The position numbers and the translations under genes were made by a program. From NCBI GenBank assembly GCA_964016885.1, contig OZ024741.1:396738001-396802000 (forward strand): 64,000 nt of DNA. Direction: 5' to 3'. How positions within the stretch are numbered: the first letter of the stretch is position 1; each line of letters starts with the position of its first letter. This DNA comes from Eledone cirrhosa (lineage: Eukaryota). This document shows, one piece after another, positions 1 to 10,882 of this stretch. A model generated the notes under the pieces. The model did no database searches. It saw nothing but the letters and a program-made list of their open reading frames with translations, and was not told the origin of the DNA.

Positions 1-786
<786 letters not shown>

Positions 787-890
787 GCGGCGATGAATTA
801 GTTTTGCGAAGTTTTTTATATGAAATCGTGTGTCGAAACAGATATTAATTCTGGCAATATTACGCAAATATGACCCTCCCCAAATATAAC
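787..890 (+). mobile_element. Short interspersed fragment, probably a Penelope-like pseudo-LTR terminus, embedded in (TA)n
   Basis: Shares AGCGGCGATGAA and TATTAATTCTGGCAATATTACGCAAATATGACCCTCCCCAAATAT with 4758-4840. Its end resembles the reverse complement of the PLE terminus at 5470-5500 (ATGACCCTCCCAAAGTATAAC). Confidence 0.55.
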
Positions 891-891
891 C

Positions 892-964
<73 letters not shown>

Positions 965-1067
965 CATGTATATATATATATATATATATACATATATATA
1001 TACATGTATATATATATATATACATATATATATATACATGTATATATATATATACATATATATATAT

Positions 1068-1106
<39 letters not shown>

Positions 1107-1147
1107 TATATACATGTATATATATATATACATATATATATATATAC

Positions 1148-1180
<33 letters not shown>

Positions 1181-1215
1181 CATATATATACATATATATA
1201 TACATATATACATAT
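891..1215. repeat. (TA)n microsatellite
   Basis: Direct reading. Confidence 0.97.
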
Positions 1216-1662
1216 ATGGTCTCCGTTTATTTTTGGGATTCGAAACCGATCGGTAAAGGTAACTATAGTAGGTAAAGTCAATTTTTTAAAATTTATTTTG
1301 AAACTTTTTCATTATTTGCTAAACCTTGTTTATATATGTTCTGGCTCGTTAATTTATTAACCTGCCATTGAACCACATTGGCATTTGGTTGGACAATACA
1401 TGCGTCCCTTAGCGCCTTGTGCGTGAAGGAACACATATCCTATTATTACTACTCTCCTCTATTGTTGAGAGACAAATTGGGTCGTTCCGACTGCTGCTAG
1501 TGATAGTTGCGGCCGGTTTGACCTACCTCCCTCTGCCTCTATCTTTACTTCGGCCCTTGAAAAAATTGATTCCACTTCATTCACTCTCATCTCAGGAACA
1601 GTTTTGGATAGCGCTAGTTCGTAATTTAAATTCAAGAATTTTATATTCTTCGAATGAAAAGA

Positions 1663-1745
1663 ACCTTCTGACGAGAATCTTTCTTTGCAACGAAGGCCGT
1701 ATGGTCTCCGTTTATTTTTGGGATTCGAAACCGATCGGTAAAGGT
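1663..1745 (+). ncRNA. Type I hammerhead ribozyme (copy 1)
   Basis: Stem I ACCTT(1663-67)/AAGGT(1741-45); core CTGACGA(1668-74); stem II GAATCT(1675-80)/GGATTC(1721-26); GAAA(1727-30); stem III CCG-AT-CGG; GUA cleavage triplet ending at 1740. Confidence 0.88.
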
Positions 1746-2147
1746 AACTATAGTAGGTAAAGTCAATTTTTTAAAATTTATTTTGAAACTTTTTCATTAT
1801 TTGCTAAACCTTGTTTATATATGTTCTGGCTCGTTAATTTATTAACCTGCCATTGAACCACATTGGCATTTGGTTGGACAATACATGCGTCCCTTAGCGC
1901 CTTGTGCGTGAAGGAACACATATCCTATTATTACTACTCTCCTCTATTGTTGAGAGACAAATTGGGTCGTTCCGACTGCTGCTAGTGATAGTTGCGGCCG
2001 GTTTGACCTACCTCCCTCTGCCTCTATCTTTACTTCGGCCCTTGAAAAAATTGATTCCACTTCATTCACTCTCATCTCAGGAACAGTTTTGGATAGCGCT
2101 AGTTCGTAATTTAAATTCAAGAATTTTATATTCTTCGAATGAAAAGA

Positions 2148-2230
2148 ACCTTCTGACGAGAATCTTTCTTTGCAACGAAGGCCGTATGGTCTCCGTTTAT
2201 TTTTGGGATTCGAAACCGATCGGTAAAGGT
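2148..2230 (+). ncRNA. Type I hammerhead ribozyme (copy 2)
   Basis: Same sequence as 1663-1745 shifted by 485 nt. A third copy, 3' half only, lies at 1216-1260. Confidence 0.88.
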
Positions 2231-2300
2231 AACTATAGTAGGTAAAGTCAATTTTTTAAAATTTATTTTGAAACTTTTTCATTATTTGCTAAACCTTGTT

Positions 2301-2969
<669 letters not shown>

Positions 2970-2970
<1 letters not shown>

Positions 2971-3325
2971 AAGAAAAAGAGATGAAATCGAATATGCAAC
3001 TGGAGTCTTATTTTTTTTAAAATATATATATTTATTTGGTTCCTTTACCGGTTTCGCAGTTCTTCTGCTTTTCAAAAGTAGAGTTGAGATGGGGGGGTCT
3101 GTGGTTTTTCTCACATCTGATGTGAGAAAAACCACAGACCCCCCCATCTCAACTCTACTTTTGAAAAGCAGAAGAACTGCGAAACCGGTAAAGGAACCAA
3201 ATAAATATATATATTTTAAAAAAAAATAAGACTCCAGTTGCATTTTTGATTTGATCTCTTCTTCTTTATACCTTCACTCGTGTAGGACACCTGGGTTATT
3301 TTTCAATTTGTAAAAGAAACCTCAC

Positions 3326-3330
<5 letters not shown>
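2970..3330 (+). mobile_element. Fold-back (palindromic) PLE pseudo-LTR fragment with hammerhead 3' half
   Basis: Near-perfect inverted repeat 2994-3243 centred on T3118 (CACATC-T-GATGTG), extending imperfectly to about 2970/3268, then a unique tail to (TA)n. Contains GC-GAAA-CCGG-TA-AAGG (3179-3194). Confidence 0.7.
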
Positions 3331-3370
<40 letters not shown>

Positions 3371-3371
<1 letters not shown>

Positions 3372-4018
3372 AGATAGACGGTAGCCACGGAGTAGGCAGA
3401 CCCAGAAATACATGGGACGAGCTGATAAATTCCGACCTCACACGCTTACACCTCTCCAAGACAATGTCACTGGACCGAGACCTTTGGCGGTACTCAGTAA
3501 TAGAGAAGACCCGCCTTACCTAAATACAAAGTAAAAACCTACTACAGTCAGTAGGCATCTCTATCAAAACACACCCCCGTCCCACCACCTCCACCTCACC
3601 CACACCGCCCCTTTCAATGTAAAGTTATGTTGGTCCCACAACATCCAGGCCGAAACAAATGAGATCGTGTAGGTGTCACGACAAAAAACACACAGTCCAC
3701 GCTGTAAATGTGGCCGTGTAGGCAACACGGTAAAAACCTCCCAGCCCCACACTGTAAATGTGGTTGGTGTTAGGAAGGGCATCCAGCTGTAGAAAACCCG
3801 CCAGACAGTCCACGCTGTAATGTGGCCGTGTAGGCAACACGGTAAAAACCTCCCAGCCCCACACTGTAAATGTTGTTGGTGTTAGGAAGGGCATCCAACT
3901 GTAGAAAACCCGTCAGACAGTCCTATGCGAGCAAGACAACCACTCTTGCCTCAAGTGGGAAAACCCCCGTCCAAACCCATGCAAGCGTGGAACACGGACG
4001 CTAAACCTGATGATGATA
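3371..4018 (+). mobile_element. RTE-clade LINE 3' end (ORF C-terminus, 3' UTR, (GAT)n tail)
   Basis: 3371-3523 translates KIDGSHGVGRPRNTWDELINSDLTRLHLSKTMSLDRDLWRYSV, the GRP..TW...D...DR..WR C-terminal motif of RTE-type LINEs. Ends in TGATGATGAT. The UTR has an internal 112-bp duplication (about 3693-3924). Confidence 0.75.
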
Positions 4019-4020
4019 TT

Positions 4021-5469
<1,449 letters not shown>

Positions 5470-6790
5470 ATTGTTATACTTTGGGAGGGTCATGTTGCCA
5501 ATAAGAAACACACGCACCAGTTACTTTCACTTCAATTTATTATAATAAATTTATAAATTTTGCAATTTATAAATTTCCGGTTGGTTGGTTCCACAACCAG
5601 ATGATTGTTTATATATTGTTAAAGTTCTTTCGTCACACATTCTGTGACCTCTTCAGTGACTGGGTATTCTTTTCTTTGTTTTTGTACCCCTCCTTTGTTC
5701 TGTCCTACGCCATCTTCTTTTTGTGTGTATGCCTTTTGAAGTTTTGCTGTGGTGTGTACATGTGCGTTTGTGGTTGTGATACGGTAATGTGTTTGTGTTT
5801 AGTGTTTGGTGCTATGTTGCGTATAGTTGGGATAGATTTCCTAGAGGTATTCTTGTGGTTGATCTTGCGTATGTGCGATTCAATCTTGGCAGCAGTAGAG
5901 TATGAAAGTTTTATAGTTTTTCTATTGAAGATTTTATGATATCTATGCGATGCAGGAAAGTGCTTACCTATTAGTTTAAAAAACGTAGAAGGCAGTTTAG
6001 TTCTTATAGAGGAGTTGAAGATTGGATTAAACCATAGGTATTTTCTTTCTCTAGTTCTTCTATAGTTTCTAGGGTTTCCATTATTCGTGTTCAGTCCACC
6101 TACTCTAGGTGTTACTTGCCTAGTTCTATGTCTAGTCCAGTTACCTTTATTTTTGTATGAGCGGGTTTGTTTGTGTTGTCATTATCTGTTATAAACTGCA
6201 GCTTTTCTTTGTGTCTAGCCCTATGTAATGCTGCGTTATAATAATTAGCATATTCTTTACAAATTTCTTGGTTTGAGGATAGGCGGGATATTATAAGGGA
6301 TATACTACGTGCTATGGAGTTAATTATGGATCGGAGGGTGGTTTGAGTTATAACTAATGTAGGCTAGATTCTCATTATTTTTGTGGAAGCGTTCTATTAA
6401 TCCCGTCTTAGGTTTAGAGTTACGTCTAGAAAGTTTGCCTTTTTAGAATTCAGTTCGTAGGTAATATCTAGGCCTAGTTTTTTTTTAAATGTTCTAATGC
6501 TTTTTCGTAATCTTTCCATGCTCTGGTTATTTAAGCTATAAGGAGCGTGTCGTCTCTATACATTCCTCCCTGGAGGTTATTCAATTCTTTATGTAGGTTG
6601 TGTGCTATAAATATCCCCACAACATCCGTTATTTGCGCTGAGTCGTTCGATCCCATTGTGATATCGAAGCTATTCATCCTACCTTTTCTTTCCCAGTAGC
6701 TATTTTCAAATTTTATGATAGTCCTTCTAGCAGCTAGTATTATTTTTTTAATTAAAACAAAATTATATCCCAAAGAGAGGAAATTGGAAC
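5470..6790 (-). mobile_element. 5'-truncated, degenerate Penelope-like retroelement (RT core C-terminal half + thumb, pseudo-LTR with hammerhead)
   Basis: ORF 6531-6773 has FDITMGSNDSAQITDVVG...GGMYRDD (PLE RT motifs B and C). Further downstream (about 6060-5704): YLWFNPIFNSSIRTKLPSTFFKLIGKHFPASHRYHKIFNRKTIKLSYS, a conserved PLE thumb-region motif. Stops and frameshifts lie between; ends at (TA)n. Confidence 0.85.
5618..5660 (-). ncRNA. Minimal hammerhead ribozyme of PLE pseudo-LTR (degenerate)
   Basis: Minus strand GTCA-CTGAAGA-G-GTCACA-gaatg-TGTGAC-GAAA-GAAC-TT-TAAC; core intact, stem I has a mismatch. Confidence 0.65.
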
Positions 6791-6914
6791 GTTATCCACT
6801 GAAGGTTACTTAAACCCTGATGAAAGGACTTTTAGGTCCCGAAATATTGGACGCTGTGAAGACGCTGCATTCCTCATGTATGTATGTATGTTCTGGTTTT
6901 ATAATTTCACAAAT

Positions 6915-7275
6915 ATTTGCCAATAGTGCTCCAATAACCACAGGTATAAATCTGAAGGTATTGTCAGTGTGGAGTATCTGCAGATTTCTCATTAGTTCTG
7001 CATAAATATTCTCCTTTTCGCTAATCTTTATTTTATTGGCATCTGCTTGGCAGCTAACTTCCATTACTGTGCATGCCTTCTTTTCCCTGTATTGTATCAT
7101 CATATCTGGTCTGTTATGCTTGCATTTTATTGGAGTTTTTTCTTGAACATTCCACCAGTACTCTTTCATATTAAGGAAATTACCAGTAGTATTCTGCTGT
7201 GATCCTGTCACAGCTGTCTCAGTAGCCACACGAAGATAGCCAGACGTTATATGTGAAGCACGCAGAATATACAAA
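6915..7275 (-). mobile_element. Non-LTR retrotransposon fragment with restriction-like endonuclease (R2/R4/NeSL-type C-terminus)
   Basis: ORF 6810-7274: YWWNVQEKTPIKCKHNRPDMMI...VMEVSC...KISEKENIYAELMRNL...FIPVVIGAL, matching the RPD...EVS...K..(K)Y PD-(D/E)xK pattern. Confidence 0.75.
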
Positions 7276-7562
7276 TGAACTTCAGCAATTGATGTTTTAT
7301 AAGAAAAAACTATATAAGCTTTAGCTTAATTTAATCTTAGTGCCAAGATAACTGTGACATGATCACATTTTAAACACACATAGCGAGACTTGCATGTTTA
7401 TCATATATAAACATATCGTATTTGAATTCATATACTATAAACTGTTGAAAAACTCTCAGGAGAGCTGGACTCCAGAAGGTCTCCGGAGAAGAAACACCCT
7501 TGATGCATGTGTTCCGGCTCTTAATAGTTTGTATTATAAACTAAACATATGTATATACTTAC

Positions 7563-7803
7563 GGCATTTTTCTGTCAGAAATGAGCGGCTGTTCCATTTA
7601 ATAATCTTGCCTTTGTCAGCACATTCTTTAACAAATTCAGACAGTACATCACAGAATGGTTTCATCTCATCGCTAGAAGATTTCAAGCACATCTCGTGAG
7701 CGCAGCGGTCATAGTACTTTTTATAGTTAACCACGTCATAACATTCTCCAAATATGCTGCTATCTTTAATAATATTACACGCTGCTATAGCCTCCCGATA
7801 GTT
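7563..7803 (-). CDS. Exon (241 bp) encoding C8 domain of VWD/C8 mucin-, vWF- or hemolectin-like protein
   Basis: Acceptor TTTTTCCATAG, donor GTAAGT; phase 0 in, phase 1 out. NYREAIAACNIIKDSSIFGECYDVVNYKKYYDRCAHEMCLKSSSDEMKPFCDVLSEFVKECADKGKIIKWNSRSFLTEKC shows C8 cysteine spacing. Confidence 0.9.
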
Positions 7804-7862
7804 CTATGGAAAAATGGAAAACAGTAATGAAACATAAAAAGATTATATATATATATAAATAT

Positions 7863-9222
7863 ATAGGAAAAGATTCAGGACCCTGAGGGATGAGTTCCAG
7901 CCGTTTCGACAGCTAGATCTGAATTAATCCAGTAGTGTTAGGACGGTAGTACTCTAGCTGAACTTAACAACGGGTACCGTCCATACAAGGCCTACATCGG
8001 ATAAACTGCCTGCGATTTTAAGACCCGGTATTACCAACACCAACATTCATTTAGAAACCCAGCTTGATGACACGAGACAGCACCTTCTGGACATATTTGG
8101 GACCTCCAAGACAACAATATTACCTACCATCTAAGTTGGAGCATGCTTTCCAAGGCAAAATCTTACTCTGGAGGACACCGTCCGTGTAATTTATGCTCGG
8201 AGGAAACGATTCAAATGCTGTTTGCAAAGGACCAACTCTTAAACAAAAACGATGAACTTGTTACCTCGTGTAAATACAGAATACATAGGACATATCTGAC
8301 CTTCAAACCCCCTCACGACCCGAGTGGGTAGACCTCGGCTGTATCTTTTTCCTATTTATAAACTAAGATAGAGGAAACCCCAAGCATACTTAGGTATAAG
8401 TAGAATTCTTTTTTTTTCTTCTCTTATTTTCTAATTTTTCTATTAGTTACAGACTCTAATTACACTTAGGTGGATCATTGCATATCCACTATTATATTCT
8501 GTTTCCACTCTTCCTTAGGTTAACTAAAATATTTTCACTCCTGTTAAATATACATAGCACCGGCCGAACACATAGCCATGGGTTCTTTGTGTGTGTGGGG
8601 GGGGGGGTATCATTATGGAAGATAATATTGATAAATTACTACATTGAGGTGCTTTCTAGTGTATTAGAGTAACTAATAACTAAATTTTATTAATTAGGAA
8701 TTTAATTAGTATTAAATTATATTTGCTTTGCTCTTTAGCCAATGTTAGACCTGGCATACTCATATTCACTCTACAATATTCCTTCTTTCTCATAGGTTTT
8801 TGCCCCCCTTAGAGATAGCTGTAAAAAATTCTCTCTTAGCGCATGACCTGGCATCCATAGATCAGAATGTCATCTTACTCCCTCCCCTTTATTCTACAGG
8901 CAAGTTCATCCACCCCACCCCCACCTGCCGCTATGAAGGAATTTAACTATGTATACGACTCCCCATGACAGAAAAGAAAAACAATTTTTAGAATTGTTCG
9001 ATATGATACTACTGCTATGTTTTGATTCCATATCCATATATGGATAAGTTCAGCTAGATTGCTACCGTCCTAACACTACTGGGTTAGTTCAGATCTAGCT
9101 GTCGAAACGGCTGGAGCTCAGCCGTGGGGTCCTGACTCTTTTCCTATTACCCACTCTACTACACTAAGTATAGAGTACTCGGGTGCGCTATGGTCCACCT
9201 GGTTCCTTACCACACTTCCTTC

Positions 9223-9225
<3 letters not shown>
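7863..9225 (+). mobile_element. 5'-truncated Penelope-like element: inverted partial pLTR + GIY-YIG endonuclease remnant + 3' pLTR
   Basis: 7863-7966 is an inverted copy of 9045-9147. 7966-8331 reads in one frame with 3 stops: AYIG*TACDFKTRYYQHQHSFRNP..SGHIWDL...SWSMLSKAKSY...CNLCSEE...LLNKNDELVTSCKY. Ends at (TA)n. Confidence 0.85.
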
Positions 9226-9302
<77 letters not shown>

Positions 9303-9775
9303 TTTATAAGAGTGGAAGTGAGTAAAATCGAAGTTGCGGCGCTCGGCCAGCATCCACGAAAAGACAATAATTCGGAGGCTTTGCACGAAGCCCTAATTAA
9401 GGAGATATCGATAGATCGATAAGTTACATCTTAGAGTAATAAACATACGTTAAAAGGCGTGAAAAATTGAAAACTGTATTTAAGGAAACAAAGCCACAGG
9501 CACGACCACAACAACGAATATACAATCAGGTTAAATAACAAACCTGGGCCGCATCGAAGGATATTATATAATATCCTCGATTGGTTTCTGTGAAATCTAA
9601 ATCAACAATCCACCTTGCGCAATTTGCAAGTCGGTACCGGTTTGAAAACCGAGCGCGGACTAACGTTATCAACAAGTTTCCGTTCAGTGCCTAGAACTCG
9701 GTGTGAAGCGTCGCCGTTAATGACTGTAGTATCACTCACTGCGGCACTGTCAGGTGTTCTTACTCAAGGAAAGAG
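9303..9775. repeat. Unclassified hairpin-rich interspersed element between (TA)n tracts
   Basis: Several local palindromes, e.g. AGGATATTATATAATATCCT and ATCGATAGATCGAT; bounded by TA microsatellites. Confidence 0.35.
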
Positions 9776-9796
9776 GAATAATGATACTAATAATAA

Positions 9797-9854
<58 letters not shown>

Positions 9855-10671
9855 AAAAATATGGGGAGAAGAATACTGCATGGTTGCACATGGATAACAT
9901 GTTATAAAATGAGTCCCTCATCAGTGATTTGCCAACGGTCAATGGTATTTCATTGCATTAAAAATCATATACCTCACGTTGGTGCAATAATAACTAAAAT
10001 AAGTTATTAGGACAATTAAAACGCGTAAAGCGAGTGAGACAAGTAAACAACACAGGGGAAAGCTAACCGAAGATAGGAAGAAACACAAGCTACATAGTTA
10101 TTCTATCAGTATAAGCTGGGTGAATATATGAGCGAGTAAGAAAAATAGACCTTTCGCGATGAATCCGATGCAAGAAAGAAGGAAAATCGTTTTCGCAGCG
10201 AACGGGGGGAAGTGAGAAGGGGAGAAACAGTGAATGAGTGAGTGGAAGTGCGAGGAAGAGGTCAGTAGAGAGAAAGTGTTAACTGACATGACAGAGGGGA
10301 CGAAAGAAAGTAATAGAAACATAGAGAACGAGGGAGCAGTAAGATATATATATATATATATACAAAAGTTTTATTTAAGATTGTTGGGTTACAACGAGTA
10401 AATATTTTATAACTGATATAAAAGCACTCAACAGTTTCTGGAGTAGGTTTACGATATTAAACTACCAAATCAACTTTTTAAATGGAAGTTGCATTATTAT
10501 AAGGTATGTCAATAATTATTTATAAAACAGCTTATGTATTGTATTTTGTCTGAGGAAGGCATACCATATTTTTAATATGATATCTCAGAAATATATATAA
10601 CGAAATAAATATGGTTTTATAAATATAGTTTCCATTTGTTTAATATCGTATATATATATATATATATATAT

Positions 10672-10868
10672 ATAGGAAAATGTTAGACCCGACGGCAGAG
10701 CTCAAGCCGTTTCGACGGCTATTTCTGGACTGTCCAGAAATAGTCGTCGAAACGGCTTGAGCTCTGCCGTCGGGGTCTAACATTTTCCTATTACCCACTC
10801 TACTACCTAAGTATTGAGTACTCTGGTGTGTTATGGTCCATCTGGTTCCTTACCACACCTTCTTCGTT
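10672..10868 (+). mobile_element. Fold-back PLE pLTR fragment, same family as 7863-9225
   Basis: Inverted repeat 10672-10791 centred on T10731 (GGAC-T-GTCC). Tail 10792-10868 is similar to 9148-9225. Contains hammerhead 3' half GTC-GAAA-CGGC...GCCG-TC-GGGGTC. Confidence 0.75.
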
Positions 10869-10882
10869 ATATATATATATAT

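Larger units (their letters stand above)
1216..2307 (+). mobile_element. 485-bp tandem repeat (2.25 copies) carrying hammerhead ribozymes; retrozyme-like or PLE pseudo-LTR multimer
   Basis: ATGGTCTCCG recurs at 1216, 1701 and 2186 (period 485). The copies look identical, and the ORF track gives identical translations at 1419 and 1904. Flanked by (TA)n on both sides; no credible coding capacity. Confidence 0.85.

Noticed and set aside
787-860. Active hammerhead (CGATGA...GAAAC)
   Set aside because: The core lacks U4, stems I and II do not close, and the cleavage site reads GC rather than UH; at most a remnant.
1419-2245. Duplicated 113-aa ORF in the 485-bp repeat
   Set aside because: GTG start, no recognisable domain, and it runs through the ribozyme; identity simply reflects the tandem duplication.
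3114-3125. CTGATGT at the palindrome centre as a hammerhead core
   Set aside because: No CCTT stem I partner, and A9 is missing; the motif is created by the fold-back junction.
9915-9930. Minus-strand CTGATGA
   Set aside because: No matching stem II or GAAA downstream; an isolated heptamer.
10545-10605. Hammerhead-like CTGAGGA...GAAA in an AT-rich insert
   Set aside because: Stem II pairs poorly and the stem I/III register is ambiguous; may be a decayed pLTR but cannot be supported.
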